64,000 nucleotides of DNA from an uncultured Bacteroidota bacterium. GTDB taxonomy: Bacteria > Bacteroidota > Ignavibacteria > UBA10030. Made by a program: the position numbers and the translations under genes. The notes beneath the pieces were generated by a model. It did no database searches. It was not told the DNA's origin and saw only the letters and a program-made list of their open reading frames with translations. The stretch covers positions 33,190 to 97,189 of the forward strand of contig CAVYRP010000010.1 of NCBI GenBank assembly GCA_963770945.1. Reading direction: 5' to 3'. This document shows, piece after piece, positions 1 through 11,610 of the stretch (the first letter of the stretch is position 1; each line of letters starts with the position of its first letter).

Positions 1-114
1 GAGAAGGTTATTTAGAAATGTAATGATCAAGCTCACTACTAGAATGACCGTAAATGTAATCACGAAATCCATTGCAAGTTTACTTAAATTCATTCGTTGA
101 TCGATTTTATTCAT
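1..114 (-). CDS. hypothetical membrane protein, N-terminal fragment running off the window edge
   Basis: ATG at 112-114 (minus) opens MNKIDQRMNLSKLAMDFVITFTVILVVSLIITFLNNLL.., with one hydrophobic helix. The frame is open to position 1. No family recognised. Confidence 0.25.
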   Translation of the reverse strand, partial: MNKIDQRMNLSKLAMDFVITFTVILVVSLIITFLNNLL

Positions 115-142
115 ATTTTTATCCTTGCTTATGAATTAGACC

Positions 143-1126
143 CTACCAATAATGATGTACAAGATTCCGCAAGCGGTCGTCATAGATTTCTTTTACTTTT
201 TTCATTACCGCACCCGGAATAGGCGGCATGCCGGCAGAGTTGAAATTTTCTTCGGCCTGCTTCGGATTTTTAGCGCCCGGTATTGTGCAGGTAACCGCAG
301 GATTCATGAGAATCCATTTAAGCGCAAACTGAGTCATAGTCATTCCATCCGGTACAAGCTTCCGGATATGTTCAACGACATCGAGACCCAATTCATAATC
401 GACACCTGAAAAAGTCTCTCCGCGATCGAATGCTTCTCCATGCCGGTTAAATGATCGATGGTCATCCTTTTCAAAATTTGATGATTTCGACATCTTGCCA
501 GTGAGCATACCTGAAGAAAGCGGCAACCTGGCAACAATTCCTACCTTTCGTTTAATTGCCTCATTAAAAAACAACTCTGAAGGCCTTTGCCGAAATATAT
601 TATAGATAATCTGGACAGATTGGACACCCGGATATTCTATCGCCTTTAATGCCTCTTCAACCTTTTCAACACTCACTCCGTAATATCGAAGTTTGCCTGT
701 TTGAACAAGATCGTCTAAAATTCCAAATACTTCCGGCATATAATATACTTCAGGGGGCGGACAATGAAGCTGGAGAAGATCTATTACATCGGTATTTAAA
801 TTCTTTAAGCTGCGTTCAATAAATTCCGTAATATTCTTCTTATTGTACCCGGCCGAAGTATGAGGATTAAGCCGCCTTCCGGCCTTTGTTGCTATAAAAA
901 AATCCTCAGTCCGTTCTTGTCGTAATTGGGCAAGGAGCCGCTCGCTTCGTCCATCTCCATACACATCCGCTGTATCAAAATAGTTAACACCCAAATCCAG
1001 GGCTTTATGAAGAGCGGCAAGTGAATCCTTGTCGTTCACAGATCCCCATGCACTGCCAATTGCCCATGCGCCAAAACTTATCGCCGATATCTCCCAGCCT
1101 GTTCTTCCTAATTTTCTATATTCCAT
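143..1126 (-). CDS. aldo/keto reductase family oxidoreductase
   Basis: Intact 327-aa ORF. AKR-type motifs: LGRTGWEISAISFGAWAIG, DTADVYGDGRSE, ATKAGR, IPGAKNPKQAEEN. Confidence 0.9.
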   Translation of the reverse strand: MEYRKLGRTGWEISAISFGAWAIGSAWGSVNDKDSLAALHKALDLGVNYFDTADVYGDGRSERLLAQLRQERTEDFFIATKAGRRLNPHTSAGYNKKNITEFIERSLKNLNTDVIDLLQLHCPPPEVYYMPEVFGILDDLVQTGKLRYYGVSVEKVEEALKAIEYPGVQSVQIIYNIFRQRPSELFFNEAIKRKVGIVARLPLSSGMLTGKMSKSSNFEKDDHRSFNRHGEAFDRGETFSGVDYELGLDVVEHIRKLVPDGMTMTQFALKWILMNPAVTCTIPGAKNPKQAEENFNSAGMPPIPGAVMKKVKEIYDDRLRNLVHHYW

Positions 1127-1156
1127 TTTTCACACTCTTTAGATTTATATTTAAAA

Positions 1157-2461
1157 TCAGAACTCGAATATAAGGCTCACTTTCGGTTCTACACGAATTT
1201 GTTTGATAAAAGAACCATCTGAACGTAAAGAACCATCCCGATTTCTATTTGAATACGTTTGCTGATACAATGTTGACACCAGCAGGTATTTGACAGGTTT
1301 ATATCCGATCTCTGCACTCAAGATTGAATAATTATCTAAAATGAAGACACGCCCTATCTTTGTTTTATCGAATGCGCCGCGTACAATGATACCGAAAACT
1401 TCAGGTAATCGAAGTTCTGCATGTAACAGACCTTCGTTCTTTGTATCAAACGGTGCCTGATAGGCAGCAATAATATTGAATGAGTTCAGGATGCTGATAA
1501 TTAGTTCGCCGAAGTAACTTCGGTTATATGCAACATTTTTTAGCGTATCCGATTTGCTCCGATTACTGACTATATCATATCTATCGTGTTCGTACAATGC
1601 ATTGAAATATGCCGGTAAATATCGCTCACCGTTAAACCGCAATTCGTATTTTCCACGCATTTCAACAAGTCCAAGGCCTGAAAAGAACAGATTGATACCT
1701 ACGGATGTGCCCTGTCCATAATTAACAATTTTCGCATAATCGAAATATAAAGTTGATTTTATTTTAGAGTACGAGATAATCGGTAAACCAAGATCGAAAC
1801 CCATCACAGTCAGTCCCCTGCCGGTCGAATCAACAGATGTTATATCCGCATGCTCGTTTAAATCACGCGCATAAGTCAGACCGATTTCGAAATTATTGAT
1901 AACCGGTACTTTTTCGTAGTTAGTCAATTTTAACGGTTTCACATAAGTACGGAGTCCTAATAATCCTTTACCTGAAATGTCACTATACATCGACTCAAAA
2001 CCATATTTATCAAAATTAAAATCCAATTCAATTCCTGTTCTCCGCATATCGTAACTTGCACCATTGCGGTAATTATAAACGACAGAGCCATGCCCAAGAA
2101 GAGAATAATCAAGCTGTCCCACACGAGTATAGAACGGATCGCCTTTCTGTGCCCAGCGTACGTAACGGATGATGCGAAGATAATCCTCAAATTCATTGTA
2201 ATCGCCCGTTCTGAGCTTACCTTTCGTATTGAAACGAAGATTCAAGTCAAGTCCAACACCAAGTTGTCCGAAGGCAACTTCCGGAGTTATGTTGATTAAA
2301 TAAAAAGCTTCGCCATCGATAAATGTAGCGCCAAACCCGACGGGGATTGAACCTCCGCTTGTTCCCGTCATCGCTGTGGCATTACTCCATTGGCCATGAC
2401 CTATCTCAATAAAGATTGAAACGGCGAATAGGACAATCAATAGATTTCTCGATACTAACAT
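1157..2461 (-). CDS. putative outer-membrane beta-barrel protein (family not recognised)
   Basis: 434 aa. Signal-peptide-like N-terminus (LLIVLFAVSIFIEIGHG), alternating beta-strand-like pattern, and a C-terminal aromatic end ..SLIFEF typical of OMPs. Confidence 0.5.
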   Translation of the reverse strand: MLVSRNLLIVLFAVSIFIEIGHGQWSNATAMTGTSGGSIPVGFGATFIDGEAFYLINITPEVAFGQLGVGLDLNLRFNTKGKLRTGDYNEFEDYLRIIRYVRWAQKGDPFYTRVGQLDYSLLGHGSVVYNYRNGASYDMRRTGIELDFNFDKYGFESMYSDISGKGLLGLRTYVKPLKLTNYEKVPVINNFEIGLTYARDLNEHADITSVDSTGRGLTVMGFDLGLPIISYSKIKSTLYFDYAKIVNYGQGTSVGINLFFSGLGLVEMRGKYELRFNGERYLPAYFNALYEHDRYDIVSNRSKSDTLKNVAYNRSYFGELIISILNSFNIIAAYQAPFDTKNEGLLHAELRLPEVFGIIVRGAFDKTKIGRVFILDNYSILSAEIGYKPVKYLLVSTLYQQTYSNRNRDGSLRSDGSFIKQIRVEPKVSLIFEF

Positions 2462-2486
2462 AATTCCTCATATTGTTTTTTATGAA

Positions 2487-3035
2487 CTATACGCCAAAAA
2501 GGATACGGCATATAAAGACTGCTGCTAACATGCCTGCAAGGTCGGCAAGCAATCCGACAGGAACAGCATGCCGCGTATTTTTAATACCGACTGATCCGAA
2601 ATAGACCGCAAGAATATAGAATGTGGTTTCCGAACTGCCGTAAAGTGTCGAAGCAAGCACACCGATAAACGAGTCCGGCCCATGCACTTTCATCAATTCA
2701 GTCATAATACCCAAAGATCCGCTTCCTGAAAGCGGACGCATAAGAGCCATGGGCAAAGCATCCGGCGGCATACCTATGAGATTCGTAATGGGAGAAATAA
2801 GCGATATTAACACGTCCATTGCACCGCTTGCTCGAAAGATTCCGATTGCAAACAGCATCGCCACCAGATACGGGATAATGCGAACTGCCGTTTGGAATCC
2901 ATCCTTCGCTCCTTCGACAAAAACTTCATAGACACGAACTTTCTTGACAAAACCCCAGATTAAAAAGACCGCAATCATGAGCGGGATAGCAAGAACGGAA
3001 ATATAGTTGATGACAGTACGAAATATGTCAGTCAT
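2487..3035 (-). CDS. spmB: SpmB-like nucleoside-recognition (Gate) domain membrane protein
   Basis: 182 aa and polytopic. The ..MRPLSGSGSLGIMTEL.. segment matches my memory of SpmB. Overlaps the upstream spmA-like gene by 8 nt. Confidence 0.75.
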   Translation of the reverse strand: MTDIFRTVINYISVLAIPLMIAVFLIWGFVKKVRVYEVFVEGAKDGFQTAVRIIPYLVAMLFAIGIFRASGAMDVLISLISPITNLIGMPPDALPMALMRPLSGSGSLGIMTELMKVHGPDSFIGVLASTLYGSSETTFYILAVYFGSVGIKNTRHAVPVGLLADLAGMLAAVFICRILFGV

Positions 3036-4036
3036 TTTTCATCTCCTTTGACATTTTCGTTTCGTCGATCAAATCACGTTTATAACCCGGCAGCCGCTGG
3101 AGAAGTTTTGAGGCGATAATTCCCGTAATGGTCGCGCAGCCTGCAGCAAATATTGATGTACCGATTATGATGCCGATGTTCAGCGAACCTACCGCCGCCC
3201 GGACCGCCATTGCCGTAGCGGGAATTAAAATCAGTCCGCCTGTATTAATCGCAAGAAATGTTACCATTGCATTTGTTGCTGTTCCGGCTTTTGGATTAAG
3301 CTTGTTCAATTCTTCCATTGCTTTTAAACCGATAGGTGTTGCTGCATTACTCAATCCGAGCATATTTGCTGCGGTGTTCATGATGATTGCACCAATTGCC
3401 GGATGATCGGACGGAATATCGGGAAAAAGACGTTTAGTAACCGGTGTAAGCAACCGCGTGAGAATTTTTACCAGTCCAGCTTCTTCCGCCACTTTTATGA
3501 GTCCAAGCCAAAGGCACATAACTCCGATTAGTCCGAGCGCAATTTCTACTGCGATGTTAACAAAATCAATCGCTGCCTGCGTAATTGCTTTTAATTTCAC
3601 AAATCGAATGGGTTCCATGACAATAGTTGCTTTTGCCAAGCTATTATCATTCGAGAATTCTATCTTTTCTACTTTGCCTGTCAGATTATCTTTTCCCGAA
3701 GCAGATTTAGCCATATTTTTCCATAAAATCGGCGTATTATCTGTACAGGCGAAAATAAAGTTACCGGTCGTATCGTGACAGCAGCGATAACTCAACTTTT
3801 TGCTTCACTTCATCAAGTTGTGATGACGTTCCGTAGAAATCGTTATACTGTTTTGCCGTAAGCTGAAATTGTCCTTCGCATCTTGTCGCTGTGCCTGACG
3901 GTAATTGTGAAGGTATGAATATTACTTCTAATGGAATGTCGTTCCGGTATGTATTCTGAACTTCATCGCTAATATCCTTACCGGCCCCTACAATAAGCGC
4001 TATGACGATGAGGAAAAGCCAGATATAATTCAGCAT
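3028..4036 (-). pseudogene. spmA: SpmA-like nucleoside-recognition domain membrane protein, frame broken once
   Basis: ORF 3761..4036 gives a typical SpmA N-terminus (MLNYIWLFLIVIALIVGAG..). ORF 3028..3795 carries the rest (..GLIGVMCLWLGLIKVAEEAGL.., IMNTAANMLGL). The two frames overlap at 3761-3795, so one indel lies there. Confidence 0.7.
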
Positions 4037-4239
4037 TATAAGTCCTATTGTAATTAAAGACTATTGATGAATCGCAATGAACTCGCCGTCAAATTATTCT
4101 TTTATGCGGAAAAAACCAAGTGGAATATTGGAGAAAAAGGGATTATTAAAAAGGGAGAACCATTCCTGTTGAGCGGCAAGTATAGTTCTTGGATAGAGGA
4201 ATCTTTACCCGACTCTGCCAATTTTGTCGAAAATATGCC

Positions 4240-7200
4240 TTATGAATTTCTACGTTTTCGTGATGACTGTGCTTTATCAATATTCGGTTGCTGCATATCC
4301 ATTTCAACCTGATTGGTCAACGCTGGAGCTTCAGCTGGAGCATCATCATCGCTTTGAATTTTCCGTTTGAACCGTTCTTCAAAGATTGTATAGAGAATCG
4401 GGATAAAGAACAATGTCAGAGACGTAGAGAATGTCAATCCGCCTATTACGGCAATTGCCAGAGGTGCTTGAGTAGATTCACCGCCGACTCCAATTGCCAT
4501 TGGGATCAATCCAAGTACCGTAGCCAGAGAAGTCATTAGAATCGGTTTTAATCGCGTTCTTCCGCCCCGCACGACAGCTTCGTGCAGTTCAACTCCTGAT
4601 GCACGCAGTTTATTTGTATAATCCACTAAAAGGATTCCATTGCTCACAACTATCCCCACCATTACAATGATGCCCTGCGCGGATGTGACGGATAATGTCG
4701 TCTGTGTCAGAAATAGTATCCAGAGAACGCCGGCAATCCCCAATGGGATGGTAAACATAATAATGAACGGATCGATAAACGATTGAAATTGAGATGCCAT
4801 TACAACATATACAAGAAGCAGAGCCAGTGAAAAAGCTAAAAGAAGTTCCCGGTTTGTTTTCTGCTGCTGCTCTACATTCCCGGTTTGTTTCACTTCAAAA
4901 CCGACGGGAATATTCATCCGATCGAGTTTATTCTGAATGTCGTTCGACACACTGCCTAAATCCCGGTCTGAGACATTCGCTGTTACTTCTACTAAACGCT
5001 GTTGGTACTTACGGTCAATTTGGACGGGTGCGTTTGCTTTTTCGATTTTTGCAATATTTCCCAGCAGCACCTGTTGCCCGCCGGATGTTGTGATAACAAG
5101 TTTCTTTAAGTCGTCAATTTTAGACCGGAAATCCTCGTTCAATCGAACAAGAATATTGTATTGATTACCTGTAGTTGGATCGGTAAAGAGTGATGCGACC
5201 GTTCCATTCATGCATGTATTGATTGTATTCGAAACATTTGCTACATCAATACCAAGCACACCTGCTTTATCGCGATCGATTTGCACACGAAGTTCAGGCA
5301 AATTATCATCACGGGAAACCTGAACGTCGACTGCGCCGGGAGTAGCGCGAACAATGCCGTATATTTCTTTAGCAAGTTCGGATCCTGTTTCCAGGTCATA
5401 TCCGCGAATCTCCACATCAATCGGAGCCGATGAACCAAAGTTCATCAGGAAGCGTAAAAATCCGCCCTGATCGATAAAAACCGTTACACCTGGAATAGTA
5501 GTCAGTTTCGGCCGCAATTCTTTTACAATTTCAAAAACCGATCTGTCTCTTTCTTCAGGGGATACCAATGCTACTTGAATATTTGCGGCATGACTTCCTG
5601 CATTTCCTCCTCCGCCGCCTCGCACTGCCCCCGCGCGAAATCGTAGGTACGCCGATATCCGCAATCATAGTTTTTGTTTCAGGTACATTCTTCCTGATAA
5701 TTTCTTCTATTTGCCGGGTGACATTGTCTGTCATTTCATAGCGCGCACCGACCGGGAGTTTAATTGTTACTCTGAATTGGCTCTCATCCTGGTCGGGAAA
5801 GAACTCCGACCCGATAAAGAAAAACAATCCTAACGATACGAGCGAAAAACTCACTATACTGATGACTACGTATCGCCGGTGTGCCATCGCCCAGCGGAGT
5901 TTTCCTTCATACCAGAGATCCAGCTTCTCCAGTGTATCATGCGCAATAACTCGCAAACGATCTGATCGCTTAGTTGATTGGCGATCGATTTCTTTTTCCG
6001 GAGGCAAATAGTGCAGACACATTAACGGCGTAACAGTACGAGATACAAAGAAGGAACCAAACAGTGCTACTGCAATCGTAATGGTCAAAGGAATGAAAAG
6101 CATTTTTGCAATACCGGTCAAGAACACTATCGGTAAAAAGACAATGACTGTGGTCAGCGTCGATACGAAAATTGGTGACGCGACTTCTTTCGCTGCCTCA
6201 AGCGTTGCTTCGAGTTTTGATTGTTCGGGTTTTCGCATATTGTAATGCCGCGAAATAGCTTCTAATTCTACAATTGAATCATCTACTAACCGGCCTACTG
6301 CAAGCGCCAATCCTCCAAACGTCATTATATTTAATGTAATATCACCAAAGCGAAACAGAATAAATGTTATCAAAATTGACAGAGGAATAGCGACAAGTAT
6401 GATAAGTGTTCCGCGTACATTCCGAAGGAACAGCAAAATGATAATCATAGCAAGAATACCGCCTAGAGTTGCCTCACGTTGAAGTCCGGAAATTGTCTGG
6501 CGAATATATAGCGATTGATCGAATGAGATTGAAAGTTGGACCGACGCCGGAATGCCGGTAAGTTTCGGCAAATATCGCATCACATTATCGACAACATCTA
6601 CAGTATTGGCTCCCGCAAGTTTCTGGACACGCAAGGATAATCCTGGTTTGCCATTGATACGAACTATTTCAGTTTGTTCCTGATAACTGTCATCTACAGC
6701 GCCGATATCTTTAATTCGTGTCGGCACTCCGTTTACTGTTCGGACAATAATATCTTCCATCGGTTTGACAACATTGAAGCGGCTCTCTGTTTTCAGCGAA
6801 TAATCAAATTGTCCTGTGCGGAGATCACCAGATGGAATGATAAGATTTGAGTTTGCTACTGCTTTCAAGACGGCCGCAATAGGAATCTGCATTGCCTCCA
6901 GCCGGTTCCTATCAAGTGTTACATGGATTTCACGAATTCTTCCCCCTGAAACAGGCGCAGCTGCTACTCCATTTAATATGCTCAATCTGCGGTTCAATAA
7001 TATTGTATGCCAGATCATAAAGATCGCGCTCGTCCATATCTCCGGAAACCGCAATATTACAAACTGCCTGTGAGTTAATGTCAAATCTCAAGACAGAAGG
7101 TTGAGCTACACCGACCGGCAACTGATTGAGAATTCGATTCACTCGCTGCATCACATCGATCATTCCGATATCGACGTTTGCACTCCAGTTAAAATTCACT

Positions 7201-7475
7201 CTTACCCTGGATATCCCTTCTCGTGTACTTGACTGAACGTAGCTGACATCGTTTACAGAACTTACACTGCGCTCTATGAGCCGTGTAACCGACTGTTCCA
7301 TATCAAGCGGGCCTGCACCGGAGTAGTAAGTAACCGTTGTTACGACAGGAATAGAAATATTCGGCAGCAGATCAATGGGGAGCTGCTGGAATGACACGAA
7401 GCCCAATACAACTATTGTAAGAGCAAAAAGAAATGTTGAAATCGGATAGCGAAGCGCAAGCCGTGTCAGCCACAT
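4240..7475 (-). pseudogene. RND efflux transporter permease (AcrB/CzcA family), frame broken twice
   Basis: Three colinear ORFs (6930..7475, 5555..7084, 4240..5664) read as one about 1070-aa RND permease: MWLTRLALRYPISTFLFALTIVVLG.. / ..NGVAAAPVSGGRIREIHVTLDRNRLEAM.. / ..NIQVALVSPEERD.. Frame switches lie near 6985 and 5630. Confidence 0.85.
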
Positions 7476-7581
7476 AAAATATTCTCGATGTTACTTTTGT
7501 CTTTCGAATAAGACAATTGTGCAGTTTAAATTTGTTGTCTCGATATCTATATTACATACTTATTTTACTTAAATGACACTA

Positions 7582-8633
7582 TTATTGAATATTAACCTGT
7601 CCGCTGTCTTTCACAAATTGCTGGCCGACCGTTATAATAGTCTCATTTCCCGTTAATCCTGACAGATATTTCCGTTTTTTCAAGCAGCTCTATTCCGGTT
7701 TTTACACGGATACGTTTAGCTTTGCTTTCATCAAGAGTAAAAACATATTGTCCGGAATCGTCTTTTAGAATTGCGTTTGTCGGTACCGTTACTGCATCCT
7801 TGCGTTCTGCAATGGTCATTTGTACGGTTGCAAACATTCCAGGTTTGATTATATGATCTGAATTGTCAATTTCAATTTGAATGGCCATCGTTCTTGTTGT
7901 CAGATCCAGGGCATCGCTGTATCGTGTTACCTTCCCCTGGAATACTTTGCCGGGTAAAGCAGCCAATGTTACCTGCGCCGTGCGTACCTGATACATCGAT
8001 TGAACATTCGCTCTCGGGAACATTAACTATCACTTTGACCTGATCAAGATTCATCAATGTGAAGAGCGTGGCACTATTTGCCGTGACCAGCGCACCCGGA
8101 TCAAGAAATCGTTTCGTAATTATTCCGGAAAACGGCGCAACGATCCGGGCATAACTGAGTCGTGTTGCGGCAGCTTCGAAGTTTGCACGGGCAACTTTCA
8201 TCGTCGCATCTGCATTATCCAATTCCTGCTTTGATGATAAATTTTTTTCAATTAATAGTTGAACACGTTCATAAATAATTCGGGCATTCTGATATGTTGC
8301 ATTGGTCTGTTGATATTGCTGATATAATTCTGTCGAATCTATTGTCGCAAGCAGCTGCCCGGTATATACTTTTGATCCCATATCCGCATAGATACGTTCG
8401 AGATTTCCGGGAACTTTAGAAAATATTCCTGCCTGCCTGATTGCCAATACATCTCCATTAAATTGAAGTTGTGTCTTCACCAATTCTCGGACTGGTTTAT
8501 CCACTTTCACCAACGGTGTCATCTTTCTCCGTTCTTCTGCAGACTTGGATTCGCTGCTTATACGAAACGCAAAAAAAATACCGATAATAAGAATAATAAC
8601 TATGATTATACCGTAAAGCCAAACTTTCTTCAC
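7582..8633 (-). pseudogene. RND efflux periplasmic adaptor (membrane fusion protein), frame broken twice
   Basis: ORFs 7872..8633 and 7643..8023 are colinear MFP pieces. Hand translation of a third frame below 7670 gives the expected C-terminus ..EILSGLTGNETIITVGQQFVKDSGQVNIQ*, with the stop at 7582-7584. An extra T is apparent in GAAATA(T)CTGTCAGG near 7665, and a second shift lies near 8018. Confidence 0.8.
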
Positions 8634-8704
8634 ACTCTATTCCTTTTTCTTATCAATTCTCTTTATATCAATAATATAGCAAGTTTCCTTTAAACCGGCC
8701 ATAT

Positions 8705-9091
8705 TCATTTATGCTTTTGCGCTTCTTGTTCCCACTTTTTTGCTTCTTCACGATCTTTTTCTTGATTAAACTCATCAAATATTTTACCCTGTTCGTTACT
8801 TAGTATTCTTCGAATTTCCATTCGGACTGAATCTCGCATCGACAGCACATTTTTCTTATAGATTTCCATCGTCTGCTTTCGTGATTCTAGAATTGAATCC
8901 ACCTGCACCATCTGAAATTCGTTTAAGTTAAGACGTTCGTTAAGGATTTTTACAAATTCTTTATGTCCTCCGCCTCGTTTGGGCAGCATCCGATTTAACA
9001 TACGATCCTCTAAAAACCAACCGCAGAGAATTCCTATCAGAAAACTCAAAAGAATAAATATAACTGTCTTAGTTTTAGGTTTCATATACAA
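8705..9091 (-). CDS. small periplasmic/membrane-anchored protein, Spy/CpxP-like (weak call)
   Basis: 128 aa. N-terminal TM helix followed by a charged helical region with LN..Q repeats. Located between the anti-sigma factor and the efflux genes. Confidence 0.35.
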   Translation of the reverse strand: MYMKPKTKTVIFILLSFLIGILCGWFLEDRMLNRMLPKRGGGHKEFVKILNERLNLNEFQMVQVDSILESRKQTMEIYKKNVLSMRDSVRMEIRRILSNEQGKIFDEFNQEKDREEAKKWEQEAQKHK

Positions 9092-9108
9092 CCTCGATTT
9101 ATTTTTAA

Positions 9109-9564
9109 TTATTTTGCCATCACTGCATAAAGTAGATCGCTCTTTGAAAGACTACCGGGCTGCAGCAAGATCTGTGTTGCTGCGGAATCTCCATTCGTTC
9201 CGTCGATCAGCACTTCTGCAATACTCGGATACGTGCCTTTGTTAAAACTCGTAATAAGAAACATTACAAAGACGGCAACTGCTATCGCAATAAAGGTGTT
9301 GCGTGCAAGCGGCTCTACTCCGAGCCAATCCCTTGTTTGTTCATCGTTTTTCTTCACCAGATGCGCTATACGTTCAGAAAAAGCGTACGAAAGCTCTACT
9401 CCGCCAAGAGCTCGAATTTCCTCTCTTATCTCTCCGACGTTTTTAACAAACTGCCGGCACTCAGAACATGCATTAAGGTGCTCCAGCACCTTTTGTTCTT
9501 CGTCTTCTTTAATTTCGCCATCCACATAGGAAGACATAAGCAATTGCATTTTTTTATGGCTCAT
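9109..9564 (-). CDS. anti-sigma factor (zf-HC2 type)
   Basis: H-x3-C-x2-C motif (HLNACSECRQF) plus a single TM helix (FIAIAVAVFVMFLITSF). Overlaps the sigma factor stop by 4 nt. Confidence 0.7.
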   Translation of the reverse strand: MSHKKMQLLMSSYVDGEIKEDEEQKVLEHLNACSECRQFVKNVGEIREEIRALGGVELSYAFSERIAHLVKKNDEQTRDWLGVEPLARNTFIAIAVAVFVMFLITSFNKGTYPSIAEVLIDGTNGDSAATQILLQPGSLSKSDLLYAVMAK

Positions 9565-10133
9565 ATTCGCTCCTCAAAATAATCACTCAATAGATTCCTC
9601 ATTTCCTTCCGTGCACGAAAGATACGAGACTTCACTGCTTCAACCCGCAGGCCTAATGCCTCAGCGATTTCATCATAAGAGAGATCTTGATACTCTCTCA
9701 ATACAAGGACTTCCCGGTGTTCCGGCGTAAGACGCTGCAAAGCAGATTGAACCATTATTTGTTTTTCCTCTGTAAATATTGAATCGGAAGCTGTCGAATT
9801 ATTTTTGTCCTTCATGCCGTTTTCCAGCACATCTTCAGTCAAATAATCCAGCGATAATACACGCCTGATTTTCCGCCTTCGAATTTCATCAATGCATAAG
9901 TTCATTGTAATCCTGTACAGCCAGGAAAAGAACGATGCATCGAATTTAAATTTTGGAAGTGAACGATATACCCGAATAAACACCTCCTGTGCAATATCAT
10001 CAACGTCATCACGATTGCCCATGGTAAGGTAAATTAAGTTCGCTACCTGACGTTGATAGCGATGTACAAGCGATTGAAATGCCTGATGATCACCGGCCTG
10101 TATCGAGCGAATAAGTGTAAAATCGTCAGTCAC
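9561..10133 (-). CDS. ECF-type RNA polymerase sigma-70 family factor
   Basis: 190 aa. Region 2 (DDIAQEVFIRVYRSL, FFSWLYRITMN) and region 4 HTH (LSYDEIAEALGLRVEAVKSRIFRARKEM). Confidence 0.9.
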   Translation of the reverse strand: MTDDFTLIRSIQAGDHQAFQSLVHRYQRQVANLIYLTMGNRDDVDDIAQEVFIRVYRSLPKFKFDASFFSWLYRITMNLCIDEIRRRKIRRVLSLDYLTEDVLENGMKDKNNSTASDSIFTEEKQIMVQSALQRLTPEHREVLVLREYQDLSYDEIAEALGLRVEAVKSRIFRARKEMRNLLSDYFEERI

Positions 10134-10275
10134 AATCGTTTGAATTTATGTATATATACTAAACGCTTTAAGTATCAGATTGTTTCTCAAAATATTCAAT
10201 AAAGCGCATAAATAACGAAGATTTACCATACATATAGCGAATAAATAGGCCGGAAATATCTTCACTCGGCACTAA

Positions 10276-11385
10276 TCAATCCAATACTTGCTCAATAATA
10301 CCGCCGCACAATAAATCATCACCGTCGTATAAAACAACTGACTGTCCCGGCGTAATTGCTCGCTTTGGTTGATCGAATATCACTCTAATTTTGTCCGTTC
10401 CCTCGGGCAAGACAAGTGCATTCGTCCCTTCATCTTTATATCTGACTTTTGCCTGCACATGCATATTTCCTTCAAGTCCGGATATGCCGCTCCAATTCAC
10501 CTGGCCGGCAACAAGTGTCCTGTGATGAAGCTCGGCATCCGGCCCAATTGTCAGCCTATTTGTTCTGCTGTCGATGGCTGTAACGTACATTTTTTCCTTA
10601 TGCGCGCCGATATTTTTTCTCTGGCCGATCGTATAAAAAGGATATCCGCTATGTTTTCCTGCTATCCGTCCGTTACGAATAATATCTCCGCCGAATACTT
10701 TTTCCTTGAGATCCGGCAGTTGTTCGTTCAAAAACCGTTCATACCGGTCATCCGGAATAAAGCAGATTTCAAAGCTTTCTTGTTTGCGTGCATTAATTAA
10801 TCCATACTGTTTCGCTAATTGCCTGACTTCTGTCTTTGAGAATTCACCCAGCGGGAAAATAGTTTTTTTCAGCGCCTCCTGAAGAACCGACCAGAGTGCA
10901 TACGATTGATCCTTCTCTGCACACTTACCTCGTGAGAGTATATATCTCTTCCTTTGTTCATCATAGCGGACGCGGGCATAATGCCCGGTAGCAATGAATT
11001 GAGCGCCAAGGTCCTCGGCTTTCTCCAGCATAGCTCCCCATTTTATCTGCCGATTGCAGATGACGCAGGGATTTGGTGTCCGTCCGTTCAAATATTCGTC
11101 AATAAAATTCCTAATGACAACATCGTTGAACTTTTCCCTAAGGTTCACAACGTAGTGAGGGAATCCGAGGCTGTCTGCGACAGATCTTGCGTCTGTCACG
11201 GCTTTTAGATCGCAGCAATTACTCTCACCGGACGGCATACCGCCGACTTCCATATAGTCGTATGTCTTCATCGTTATGCCGATAACATTGTAGCCTTCTT
11301 TAACCAGCAACGCTGCAGCTGCCGAGGAATCCACTCCACCGCTCATACCTACCGCGACAGTAATATTTTTCTTGCCTGTATTCAT
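10276..11385 (-). CDS. mnmA: tRNA 2-thiouridine(34) synthase MnmA
   Basis: 369 aa. PP-loop VAVGMSGGVDSS, a conserved CN..IKWG segment, and the expected length. Confidence 0.95.
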   Translation of the reverse strand: MNTGKKNITVAVGMSGGVDSSAAAALLVKEGYNVIGITMKTYDYMEVGGMPSGESNCCDLKAVTDARSVADSLGFPHYVVNLREKFNDVVIRNFIDEYLNGRTPNPCVICNRQIKWGAMLEKAEDLGAQFIATGHYARVRYDEQRKRYILSRGKCAEKDQSYALWSVLQEALKKTIFPLGEFSKTEVRQLAKQYGLINARKQESFEICFIPDDRYERFLNEQLPDLKEKVFGGDIIRNGRIAGKHSGYPFYTIGQRKNIGAHKEKMYVTAIDSRTNRLTIGPDAELHHRTLVAGQVNWSGISGLEGNMHVQAKVRYKDEGTNALVLPEGTDKIRVIFDQPKRAITPGQSVVLYDGDDLLCGGIIEQVLD

Positions 11386-11610
11386 ACTTTATAAAAGATA
11401 CTAAACTATTTCCCCGCGTTCAAAGTGCATCGGCGAGCAGGCAGGCGATCATAAGATCGGACAACATCTGGATAAAGGCTGCATGATATACATAAGTCCA
11501 GTCAATTACTGTCTGCCCGGCTTGCGTTCAGGCAGGGGCTCAACAAAGAATATACATCTTAATGTTCTGTAGTTTTCTGAATTGAATACGATACAGAATA
11601 TTATGCCCTG

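Noticed and set aside
4064-4312. 82-aa plus-strand ORF between spmA and the RND gene
   Set aside because: It overlaps the 3' end of the RND permease gene by about 70 nt on the opposite strand and has no recognisable motif or convincing SD. It is kept as unproven rather than annotated.
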